In this document: positions 32,386-40,738 of the stretch, in pieces | Layout: the number at the start of each line of letters is the position of its first letter | Numbering within the stretch: the stretch's first letter is position 1 | From: Bacteroidaceae bacterium | GTDB lineage: Bacteria; Bacteroidota; Bacteroidia; Bacteroidales; Bacteroidaceae | NCBI GenBank assembly: GCA_017557045.1 | Contig: JAFYLO010000182.1 | Coordinates: 1-52,763, forward strand | Length of the DNA: 52,763 bases | Direction of reading: 5' to 3' | Program-made: the position numbers and the translations under genes | Notes under the pieces: generated by a model | What the model saw: the letters and a program-made list of their open reading frames with translations, nothing else | The model's database searches: none | What the model was told of the DNA's origin: nothing

Positions 32386-34239
32386 ATGAAAGATGTAATA
32401 TCCTTGCTTCCCGATTCGGTAGCCAATCAAATAGCAGCGGGAGAGGTTGTGCAGCGCCCTGCCTCTGTCGTCAAGGAACTTATGGAGAATGCCATAGATG
32501 CAGGCGCTACCAAAGTGAGAGTGCTTGTAGTTGATGGCGGCCGCACTTCTATTCAAGTGATAGACAACGGCATGGGTATGTCCGAAACAGATGCGCGTCT
32601 CGCCTTTGAGCGCCATGCAACCTCCAAGATAAAGAAAGCCGAGGATCTCTTTGCGTTGACAACCATGGGTTTCCGCGGCGAAGCGCTTGCCTCAATTTCG
32701 GCAGTGGCGCAGGTGGAGCTTGTAACCCGCCGCGCCGATGACGAATTGGGTACGAAAGTGGTTATCTCTGGCTCAAGACTCGAAGAGCAGGAGCCTGTTG
32801 CGGCTCCCATAGGCAGCAATTTCAAGATAAAGAATCTCTTCTTCAATATCCCTGCCCGCCGCAAATTCCTCAAAAGCACACAAACGGAACTCAATAATAT
32901 TGTCACGGAATTCGAGCGCGTGGCACTTGTGAATTGCGGTGTAGAACTTTCGCTCTCTCATAACGATACAGAGATAATAGCCCTCCCCGCATCCACATTC
33001 CGCCAGAGAATATGCAACCTCTTCGGCAAAAAGATAAACTCACAGCTGATAGAGGTCTCTGTGAAGAGCACCATGATAAATATATCCGGTTTTGTAGGTA
33101 CCCCCGAAAGTTCCCGTAAGAAGGGCGCTCTCCAATACTTTTTTGCAAACGGCAGATATATGCGCCACCCTTACTTTGCAAAGGCCATTTCAGAGGCATA
33201 CGCACAGTTGATACCCGCAGGCGATTCTGTTCCGTTCTTCTTGTGTCTCGATGTGGAGCCCGAAAGGATAGATGTCAACATTCACCCGACAAAGACCGAA
33301 ATAAAATTCGAGGACGAGCAGAATATCTGGAAGATAATCTCCGCAGCAGTGCGCGAGTCGCTTGGCCGCTTCAACGCCATGCCCGGTCTCGACTTCGAAA
33401 TGGGCGATCTTCCCGAACTTCCCGAAATCCCCATATATGAAGGAGGCGATGCTGCTATGGTCGAAGCTCCTAAAATATCCTACAACCCCGATTACAATCC
33501 CTTCAAAAGCCATACTTCGCAGGAGTATATCCGCCACGAAATGCCGTGGGAGACACTCTACGAAGGGCTGAAGCCTGATGTGCCCTATGAGACCGGCCCT
33601 GCCAAGCCTATTGACGAAGAACCTGTCGGGGCTTCAGAATCAGCTACTGCCGTATACGCATCCGAAGTGGGGGATTACCAACCTATCTGTCAATATAAAG
33701 GACAATATATTTTGGTGTCCGTACCTTCAGGCTTGATGTGGATACATCAGCGCCGCGCTCACATAAGAGTCTTGTATGATGAATACCGCAAGCAACTTGA
33801 CGAAAAGAAGGGCTGCACACAACGTGTGCTTTTCCCCGAGCAGATAACCCTCTCGGTAGCAGAAGGCCTGGCATTGGATGGAATAATGGATGAACTTGCA
33901 TATTTAGGCTTCGAAATATCCTCGCTTGGCGGAGCAAGCTATGCTGTACAGGGAATACCGGCAGGAATAGACGGGCTCAATCCCACTTCGCTGCTCTGCG
34001 ATATTCTACATTCAGTCATGGAATGCACCTCGGATGTAGGTGAAAAACTGTATGACCGTCTTGCTATTGCTATGGCGCGTCAGGTGGCAATAGTTCCCGG
34101 ACAGATACTCACCGGAGAAGAGATTCAGGCATTGGTAAGTAACCTCTTCAATTGTAAAATGAATGCGCGCACTCCGGATGGTAAATCCATTATATATGTA
34201 GAAACAGATACAGAAATAGCGCGTTTCTTCTTAAAATAG
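32386..34239 (+). CDS. mutL: DNA mismatch repair protein MutL
   Basis: 617 aa. The GHKL N-terminus reads IAAGEVVQRPASVVKELMENAIDAG and further on ...GFRGEALASI. Confidence 0.96.
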   Translation: MKDVISLLPDSVANQIAAGEVVQRPASVVKELMENAIDAGATKVRVLVVDGGRTSIQVIDNGMGMSETDARLAFERHATSKIKKAEDLFALTTMGFRGEALASISAVAQVELVTRRADDELGTKVVISGSRLEEQEPVAAPIGSNFKIKNLFFNIPARRKFLKSTQTELNNIVTEFERVALVNCGVELSLSHNDTEIIALPASTFRQRICNLFGKKINSQLIEVSVKSTMINISGFVGTPESSRKKGALQYFFANGRYMRHPYFAKAISEAYAQLIPAGDSVPFFLCLDVEPERIDVNIHPTKTEIKFEDEQNIWKIISAAVRESLGRFNAMPGLDFEMGDLPELPEIPIYEGGDAAMVEAPKISYNPDYNPFKSHTSQEYIRHEMPWETLYEGLKPDVPYETGPAKPIDEEPVGASESATAVYASEVGDYQPICQYKGQYILVSVPSGLMWIHQRRAHIRVLYDEYRKQLDEKKGCTQRVLFPEQITLSVAEGLALDGIMDELAYLGFEISSLGGASYAVQGIPAGIDGLNPTSLLCDILHSVMECTSDVGEKLYDRLAIAMARQVAIVPGQILTGEEIQALVSNLFNCKMNARTPDGKSIIYVETDTEIARFFLK

Positions 34240-34306
34240 GGGTTAAATAATGTTAACAGCTGTAGTTTTGTGTTTCAAAATCATGTGTTTCTAAATGATT
34301 TTTTTG

Positions 34307-34314
34307 TAAATTTG
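34307..34314 (+). promoter_or_regulatory. -7 promoter box (TAaaTTTG) upstream of the ompA-family gene
   Basis: taaatttg matches TAnnTTTG. It implies a ~150-nt 5' leader. Confidence 0.35.
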
Positions 34315-34469
34315 CACAACTGAAACTGTTTTTTTAGGGAAGTTGGGCGCTGTGCGTTTTCCCTTATGCATTGAAAAACAATTTCAGGCAAGCAGTGTTT
34401 ATAGTTGCGGAGTATATTCTCTGCAAATGTTTACAAAGAATATTTTAGTGTCTAATTAATACAAACAGT

Positions 34470-35621
34470 ATGAGAAAAATTATGATGGCGCTGGCTTTTG
34501 CCGGCATTGCAATGGTCTCTTTTGCACAGGAGACTGTTACCAGCGAGGTTGTAGTTCCTACTCTCAAGAAGAGTGTGATTACAAACAGTTTTTGGAGCAA
34601 TTGGTTCCTGAGTGTTAACGGCGGTTATCAGTTGTTCAATGGCGTTAAGACCAACGGCGAGAGCATGTTCGATCACGGAACACCCGCAATCTCTGCATAC
34701 GTTGGTAAGTGGCATACACCCGGCTTCGGTTGGAGAGTAGCTTACAACGGTTTCCAGGTTAAACCCCTTGAGGATGCCGACAAGAGCAGCTTCTACAATG
34801 TACACGCTGACGCTATGTTCAACCTCAGCAACCTCTTCTTCGGTTACAACGAGAAGCGCATTTGGAACTTCATTCCTTACATGGGTCTTGGTTACGGCGC
34901 AAACTTGGATGTTGACGGTGTAGGTGGCAATGGCAATAAAGGTTCTTTGACAGCAAATGCAGGTATCTTGAACACATTCCGCGTAGCTAAACATTGGGCT
35001 ATCAACCTCGAGCTCTCTGCAACAGCTGCTTGCAACGGTTTCGGTGGTATCGAGGCTCCCCGCAACGGTTACGATATGATTTTTGCTGCAACAGCCGGTG
35101 TTACTTATAAGTTCAACAAGACAGGATGGCAGAATACTCCCGACGTAGACGCAATCACAGCTGCTAATGCTGCTGCTCTTGCTGCTCTCGCTGCACAGTT
35201 GCAGGCTAAGGAGTCTGAGAACTCTCAGTTGAAGTCTCAGCTCGCTGCTGCTAAGGCTGCGTTGGCTAAGTGCCAGAACGCTCCCAAGGATGTTGAGATG
35301 TTTGATGCTGCTCAGTCAGTATTCTTCTCAATCAACTCTTCTAAGATTGATTCTAAGAAGGAGATTCTCAACCTCAAGGCTTTGGCTGCTGCAGCTAAGG
35401 AGACAGGTGTGAAACTCACAGTTACAGGTTACGCTGACAGCGCAACAGGTTCTGCAACATACAACCAGACATTGTCTGAGGCTCGTGCCAAGGCAGTTGC
35501 TGCTAAGCTCGTAGAGATGGGTGTTCCCGAAAGCCAGCTTATCGTATCAGGTAAGGGTGGTGTTGATACAGAGAGCCCCATCCAGTTGAACCGTCGCGTA
35601 ATCATCGCTCCCGCGAAGTAA
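34470..35621 (+). CDS. OmpA-family outer-membrane protein (N-terminal beta-barrel, Ala-rich coiled-coil linker, C-terminal OmpA/peptidoglycan-binding domain)
   Basis: 383 aa with a signal peptide. The linker reads AITAANAAALAALAAQLQAKESENSQLKSQLAAAKAALAKC. The C-terminal block reads TVTGYADSATGSATYNQTLSEARAKAV...NRRVII. Confidence 0.9.
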   Translation: MRKIMMALAFAGIAMVSFAQETVTSEVVVPTLKKSVITNSFWSNWFLSVNGGYQLFNGVKTNGESMFDHGTPAISAYVGKWHTPGFGWRVAYNGFQVKPLEDADKSSFYNVHADAMFNLSNLFFGYNEKRIWNFIPYMGLGYGANLDVDGVGGNGNKGSLTANAGILNTFRVAKHWAINLELSATAACNGFGGIEAPRNGYDMIFAATAGVTYKFNKTGWQNTPDVDAITAANAAALAALAAQLQAKESENSQLKSQLAAAKAALAKCQNAPKDVEMFDAAQSVFFSINSSKIDSKKEILNLKALAAAAKETGVKLTVTGYADSATGSATYNQTLSEARAKAVAAKLVEMGVPESQLIVSGKGGVDTESPIQLNRRVIIAPAK

Positions 35622-35642
35622 TAGCGAAAATAGTTTGACTAT

Positions 35643-35680
35643 ATAAAAATGAGCGCCCCGCAAGAGGCGCTCATTTTTAT
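35643..35680. terminator. Bidirectional terminator between convergent ompA-family gene and nadK
   Basis: 15-bp perfect stem: ataaaaatgagcgcc (35643-35657) pairs with ggcgctcatttttat (35666-35680). The A-run and T-run arms make it usable on both strands. Confidence 0.85.
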
Positions 35681-35714
35681 TGCGTGTATGTGTTGCTTTT
35701 TGGTAGGGGCGGTG

Positions 35715-36587
35715 TCAGTTGCGTATATCTGCTCCCCACATCATCTTGTCGTGGAGGGTCTGGAAGAATGTCTGCCCTTTGATTCTGATAATCTTGATTC
35801 TGTAGTCGGCTTTGCCGAGAGTGAGGGTGGTCTCCTCATTGCAGCTTTCGTTGCGGCCGTCGATGGCTACAAGATAGTTGTGGCTGCGGCTGGTAACCTT
35901 CAATGTGATGCGTGTGTTGTCGTTTACTACTACAGGGCGGGCGTTCAGGCTGTGCGAAGCAATGGGGGTGAGCACAAATACATTGGCATCAGGGGCGATG
36001 ATGGGGCCGCCTGCGCTTAGCGAGTATCCGGTGGAGCCTGATGGGGGAGCGATTATAAGACCGTCCGCCTGATATGTAATACAATCTTTTGCGTCGAGAG
36101 ATACCTCTATGCTTATCATTGATGAATTTTCGTGCTTCATCACAGCAATTTCGTTGAGGGCATAGGGGCTGTCGGCAAGTTCTTTGTCCGAGGCCTCTGC
36201 CTTTATTACGCCACGCTCCTCTATGCTGTATTCCCCGCGGTGGAGATATTCGAACAGTTCTGATACCCTGTTTGCCGAATATGACGTAAGGAATCCCAAT
36301 CGTCCGGCGTTTATACCCAATAGGGGGATGTTTTTTGAGCCTACCCTCTTGGCTGTACGCAGGAATGTTCCGTCTCCGCCGAAACTGATGGCTATGTCCG
36401 CGTCGAAGTCATCGCCATCGATTATTCCTTCGGGCTGCATGAAGAGTTTGTCCTCTTCGAGCAGGTATTCGTAGAAGGAACGGTCGATGTAGAAGCTGTC
36501 TTTCCATTCGTTGATAGCAGCGAACAGCTTGTCGATGTTTTCCGACTTTTTAGATTGGTGTCGGTTACCGAATATAGCAAATTTCAT
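35715..36587 (-). CDS. nadK: NAD kinase
   Basis: 290 aa. Contains the motifs ISFGGDGTFLR and GSTGYSLSAGGPI. Confidence 0.95.
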   Translation of the reverse strand: MKFAIFGNRHQSKKSENIDKLFAAINEWKDSFYIDRSFYEYLLEEDKLFMQPEGIIDGDDFDADIAISFGGDGTFLRTAKRVGSKNIPLLGINAGRLGFLTSYSANRVSELFEYLHRGEYSIEERGVIKAEASDKELADSPYALNEIAVMKHENSSMISIEVSLDAKDCITYQADGLIIAPPSGSTGYSLSAGGPIIAPDANVFVLTPIASHSLNARPVVVNDNTRITLKVTSRSHNYLVAIDGRNESCNEETTLTLGKADYRIKIIRIKGQTFFQTLHDKMMWGADIRN

Positions 36588-36669
36588 CTTTTTGTACTTG
36601 TGTGGTTCTTGTACTCGGTTTCTGTCTCCTTGTAAACAGAATAAATATTATCTTCCTACTTATTCGTCT

Positions 36670-36702
36670 GCAAAATTAAGATAAATTATCATCTTAATTT
36701 GC
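36670..36702. promoter_or_regulatory. Inverted repeat in the divergent nadK/pdxJ promoter region
   Basis: aaattaagat (36673-36682) and atcttaattt (36691-36700) are 8 nt apart. The left arm overlaps a minus-strand TAatTTTG box (36671-36678). A plus-strand TActTTTG box lies at 36714-36721. Confidence 0.4.
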
Positions 36703-36785
36703 ATATTTTGTCGTACTTTTGCGTAAAATACGAAATTGGAGATAATTTCGCCGCATTTGGCGGCGTATAGAAAGCATTTTATAAG

Positions 36786-37505
36786 ATGACAAAGTTAAGT
36801 GTAAACATAAACAAGGTGGCCACGATAAGAAATGCCCGTGGCGGTAACACCCCCAACCTTTTGCAAGTGGCACAAGATTGTGAACTTTTCGGAGCCGATG
36901 GAATAACCATACATCCCCGCCCCGATGAAAGACACATCCGTCGTGCCGATGTCCCTGCTTTGCGTGCCGTTGTGCGTACCGAATTCAACATAGAGGGCTA
37001 TCCCTCAAAGGAATTTATGGATCTTGTGCTCAAGGCCAAGCCCGATCAGGTAACCCTTGTCCCCGACAAACCCGACCAGCTTACTTCCAATCACGGATGG
37101 GATACGGTTGCCGAGCAGGAATTTCTCAGAGAGATACTCGACGATCTTCGTGCCGCAGGTATCAGAAGTTCCATTTTTATTGATGCTGACAGCCGTATGG
37201 CAGAATACGCGGCTAAGGCCGGAACCGATAGGGTAGAGCTTTACACCGGCCCCTATGCCGAGGCATACTCCCGCAACCGCGAACAGGCCATAGAGCCTTT
37301 TGTGGAGACTGCCCGCCGTGTACGCCAGCTGGGATTGGGGCTTAACGCAGGCCACGACCTCAGTCTTGAGAATCTCACCTATTTTACCGACATGATTCCC
37401 TGGGTGGACGAGGTGTCGATAGGTCATGCCCTTGTGTGCGACGCACTCTACCTGGGCTTCGAAAAGACAATTGCGGAATACAAAAAATGTTTGATAAAGA
37501 AATAA
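36786..37505 (+). CDS. pdxJ: Pyridoxine 5'-phosphate synthase
   Basis: 239 aa. The N-terminus reads LSVNINKVATIRNARG, with HPRPDERH and EVSIGHAL blocks further on. Confidence 0.95.
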   Translation: MTKLSVNINKVATIRNARGGNTPNLLQVAQDCELFGADGITIHPRPDERHIRRADVPALRAVVRTEFNIEGYPSKEFMDLVLKAKPDQVTLVPDKPDQLTSNHGWDTVAEQEFLREILDDLRAAGIRSSIFIDADSRMAEYAAKAGTDRVELYTGPYAEAYSRNREQAIEPFVETARRVRQLGLGLNAGHDLSLENLTYFTDMIPWVDEVSIGHALVCDALYLGFEKTIAEYKKCLIKK

Positions 37506-37518
37506 TAAACAGAAAGCT

Positions 37519-38226
37519 ATGGTTTTAATGACAATTCTTGCACAAGCTGCAACAGTAGCACAGGATTCGATTATGGCGCTTACCGAGGTAACAGCCGAAG
37601 AGGGAATGAACGTATTTGAACTTGCCGTAAAGGGCGGTTGGATAATGATAGTATTGGCATTGCTGTCAATAGTAGGAATCTATATATTCTTCGAGCGTTT
37701 ATCTACACTTCGCAAGGCGATGAAACGCAATCCCCTTTTCATGGATCGCATCCACGACAACATCAAAGACGACGATATGAAGTCTGCAGCCAACTATTGC
37801 CGCAGCGAGAATACCCCTCTTTCGCGCATAATAGAAAAGGGTGTGAAGAGCTTCGGCTTCTCTGCATCCTCCATCCGTGAGAGTGTAGACAACAGCGCCA
37901 ATCTCGAAATTGCCAACCTCGAAAAGGGTCTTCCCATCCTTTCCACCATCGCAGCCGTAGCCCCCATGATAGGTTTCTTGGGAACAGTAACAGGTATGGT
38001 ACGCGCATTCTGGGAAATGGCAAACGCAGGAAACAATATTGATGTATCACTCCTTTCAGGCGGTATCTACGAGGCGATGATTACCACCGTAGGCGGTCTT
38101 ATCGTCGGCATTATCGCCATCTTTGCATACAACTACCTTGTAGCGCTTGTCGACAAGGTGCAGAATGACCTTGAAGCCGAGATTATCTCTTTCATGGAGA
38201 TTGTACGCGAAAAGAAAGAGCTTTAA
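37519..38226 (+). CDS. exbB: MotA/TolQ/ExbB proton-channel protein
   Basis: 235 aa. It has three transmembrane segments and the conserved APMIGFLGTVTGM block. exbD and tonB follow. Confidence 0.9.
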   Translation: MVLMTILAQAATVAQDSIMALTEVTAEEGMNVFELAVKGGWIMIVLALLSIVGIYIFFERLSTLRKAMKRNPLFMDRIHDNIKDDDMKSAANYCRSENTPLSRIIEKGVKSFGFSASSIRESVDNSANLEIANLEKGLPILSTIAAVAPMIGFLGTVTGMVRAFWEMANAGNNIDVSLLSGGIYEAMITTVGGLIVGIIAIFAYNYLVALVDKVQNDLEAEIISFMEIVREKKEL

Positions 38227-38237
38227 AACCGTAAGCC

Positions 38238-38657
38238 ATGCTGAAGAGAAAGACAAAGACAATAGAGACCTTCTCGATGTCCTCAATGACAGATATTATC
38301 TTTCTGTTGTTGATATTCTTCATGATAACATCGACGATGGTAACCCCGAATGCCATAAAAGTGCTTTTGCCACAGGGCAGCAAGCAGACATCGGCAAAGC
38401 CGTTGGCACGAATAATCATCGACAAACAGTTGAACTACTATTCTGCATTCGGCAACGAGGATGAAATGCCCATCGAAGTAGAGGAGATAACAGCCTTTCT
38501 GCAAGGTTGTGCCGAAAAGGAGCCCGAAATGTATGTGGCACTCTATGCCGATGAAAGCGTACCCTACAGAGAAATAGTGAATGTGCTTAACATAGCCAAC
38601 GAAAATAACTTCAAAATGGTGCTTGCCACACGCCGCCCCGACAAGAAGAGACGATGA
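38238..38657 (+). CDS. exbD: Biopolymer transport protein ExbD/TolR
   Basis: 139 aa. The N-terminus MSSMTDIIFLLLIFFMITST has the typical ExbD anchor, including the Asp. Confidence 0.9.
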   Translation: MLKRKTKTIETFSMSSMTDIIFLLLIFFMITSTMVTPNAIKVLLPQGSKQTSAKPLARIIIDKQLNYYSAFGNEDEMPIEVEEITAFLQGCAEKEPEMYVALYADESVPYREIVNVLNIANENNFKMVLATRRPDKKRR

Positions 38658-39475
38658 AACAGCTCACAAAAGAACAGATACATGGAATAGTTGGTACGAT
38701 TATAGCGCACCTTCTGTTACTGTTGATACTCCTCTTTGTGGTGATAGAAAAACCACTGCAGCAAGAGGAGGAGGGAGTCCCCGTAGTTCTTGGCAATGTG
38801 GAGCGTGCCAAAGGCGATGCATACAACTACACAGAGGTGAAAGTGGCACCTCAGCCCGCCCCCAAGCCCACAGTTGTCAAGCCGGTGAAAAGCCCTGCCG
38901 ACCCGCTGATTACGCAGACAGAGGAAAAGACTGTTGATCTTAACAGCGCCGAGGAGAAGAAAAAGGATGCACCCAAACAGCCCGAAAAGACAGCCGAACA
39001 GATAGAGGCCGAGCGCAAGGCTCAGGAAGCCGAGCGCAAACGTCAGGAGGCCGAAAGGATAGCCCGCGAAGCAAATGCCAAGATATCAAGTGCCTTCGGC
39101 AAGGGAGCAACCATGAAGGACAGCGGTTCAGCCACAGAGGGCACCGGAAACGAAGGTTCCACAAGCGGCAACGAATCGAGCGGAGTAACAAAAGGACTCG
39201 GCGGCTATGGAACATTCGACCTTGCAGGCCGTAACCTTGTAGGCTCATTGCCGGTTCCGCAGTACAACACTCAGGAGGAGGGACGCGTTATAGTAACGAT
39301 AACCGTAGCCCCCAACGGTCGGGTTATAAATGCCGAAATTAACCGCCGCACAGTAACATCGAGCACTGCGCTCCGTCAGGCAGCCCTTAAGGCCGCCCGC
39401 CAGGCAGTCTTCAATAATGTATCCTCGGTAAACAACCAGTCGGGTACAATAACATACTATTTTAAACTGAAATAA
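38654..39475 (+). CDS. tonB: Energy transducer TonB
   Basis: 273 aa. The start overlaps the exbD stop (ATGA). It has an N-terminal anchor, a P/K/E-rich linker and a C-terminal TonB_C block (EGRVIVTITVAPNGRVINAEI). Confidence 0.88.
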   Translation: MKQLTKEQIHGIVGTIIAHLLLLLILLFVVIEKPLQQEEEGVPVVLGNVERAKGDAYNYTEVKVAPQPAPKPTVVKPVKSPADPLITQTEEKTVDLNSAEEKKKDAPKQPEKTAEQIEAERKAQEAERKRQEAERIAREANAKISSAFGKGATMKDSGSATEGTGNEGSTSGNESSGVTKGLGGYGTFDLAGRNLVGSLPVPQYNTQEEGRVIVTITVAPNGRVINAEINRRTVTSSTALRQAALKAARQAVFNNVSSVNNQSGTITYYFKLK

Positions 39476-39488
39476 TACCTAAAAAGCT

Positions 39489-40043
39489 ATGAGCAAAGTA
39501 TATATGTTCCTCGCCGACGGCTTTGAGACAGTCGAAGCCCTTGCCCCCGCCGACGTAATGCGTCGCGCAGGCATAAATGTAGTAACAGTCTCCATCATGG
39601 GACGCAAGACAGTATCCTCGGCTCATGGCATAAACGTAGAGGCCGACACGCTTTTCGGCGATTCGGACTACTCGGATGCCGATGCGCTTGTGCTTCCCGG
39701 TGGTTCTCAAGGCACAGAGAATCTCTCAGCCTTTGAGCCCCTGCGCACACTGCTTGCACAAACCTGCGAAGCCGGACGCATAATTGCTGCCATCTGCGCA
39801 GCACCTATGGTCTTCGGCCGCATCGGTCTTCTTGCAGGCCGTCGTGCCACCTGCTATCCCGGTTGCGAAGGCGACCTTGCAGGCGCTAAATATACCGCAT
39901 CCGCAGTTGAGCAGGACGACAATATAATAACAGCCTGCGGTCCCGCCGCATCATTCGAATTCGGCTTCGCAATAGTAGAAAATCTCTGCGGTGCCGATGC
40001 TGTGGCCCTCATACGTGAACAAATGCGCTTCAACGACCTATGA
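39489..40043 (+). CDS. DJ-1/PfpI-family protein
   Basis: 184 aa. The nucleophile-elbow Cys sits in IAAICAAP. The N-terminus reads FLADGFETVEALAPADV. Confidence 0.88.
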   Translation: MSKVYMFLADGFETVEALAPADVMRRAGINVVTVSIMGRKTVSSAHGINVEADTLFGDSDYSDADALVLPGGSQGTENLSAFEPLRTLLAQTCEAGRIIAAICAAPMVFGRIGLLAGRRATCYPGCEGDLAGAKYTASAVEQDDNIITACGPAASFEFGFAIVENLCGADAVALIREQMRFNDL

Positions 40044-40738
40044 AAAGATATATAATAATAGTAGCCGGCGGCAAAGGTCTCCGCATGGGAAGCAACGTGC
40101 CCAAACAATTTATGTTGCTCAACGGCAAGCCGTTGGTGATGACAACAATAGAGAACCTCTGCGCAATGGATGTAACCCTGCGCATAATATTGGTGCTCCC
40201 GAAAGAGCAGTTGCAGTTGTGGGACGAACTCTGCGCCGAATACTCATTCACAATACCCGTGAAGGTGGTTACAGGCGGCACCACACGCTTCCACTCGGTG
40301 CAGAACGGTCTTGCTGCAATAGAGGAACCCGAAGAGGCACTTGTGGGAGTGCACGACGGTGTGCGCCCCTTCCTCGCAATGAAGGTCTATGACGAACTCT
40401 TCCGCGAAGCTGCCATCAACGGTGCAGTAATTCCCGTGGTGGCCGTACACGACAGTATGCGCCGCTTCATAGGCGGTCAGGGTGCTACAGAGTCTGTACC
40501 CCGCGACAGATACCGTTTGGTGCAGACGCCGCAGGTGTTCAAACTCTCCATCCTGCGCAAAGCATACGAGCAGCGCTACCTTGAGCAGTTTACCGACGAT
40601 GCTTCGGTGGTAGAGGCAATGGGTGAATTTGTGCACATTGTGGAAGGTAACCGCGAAAATATTAAAATAACAACACCGTTTGATTTTGTACTCGCAAAGG
40701 CAATCGTCGAATGCTTGACGCAACAACCAGAGACATAA
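40040..40738 (+). CDS. ispD: 2-C-methyl-D-erythritol 4-phosphate cytidylyltransferase
   Basis: 232 aa. The N-terminus reads IIVAGGKGLRMG, with VHDGVRPF and TDDASVVE blocks. It overlaps the upstream gene by 4 nt. Confidence 0.94.
   Translation: MKRYIIIVAGGKGLRMGSNVPKQFMLLNGKPLVMTTIENLCAMDVTLRIILVLPKEQLQLWDELCAEYSFTIPVKVVTGGTTRFHSVQNGLAAIEEPEEALVGVHDGVRPFLAMKVYDELFREAAINGAVIPVVAVHDSMRRFIGGQGATESVPRDRYRLVQTPQVFKLSILRKAYEQRYLEQFTDDASVVEAMGEFVHIVEGNRENIKITTPFDFVLAKAIVECLTQQPET

Noticed and set aside
35649-36020. 123-aa plus-strand ORF
   Set aside because: It starts inside the bidirectional terminator and is antisense to nadK, which carries the GGDGT motif.
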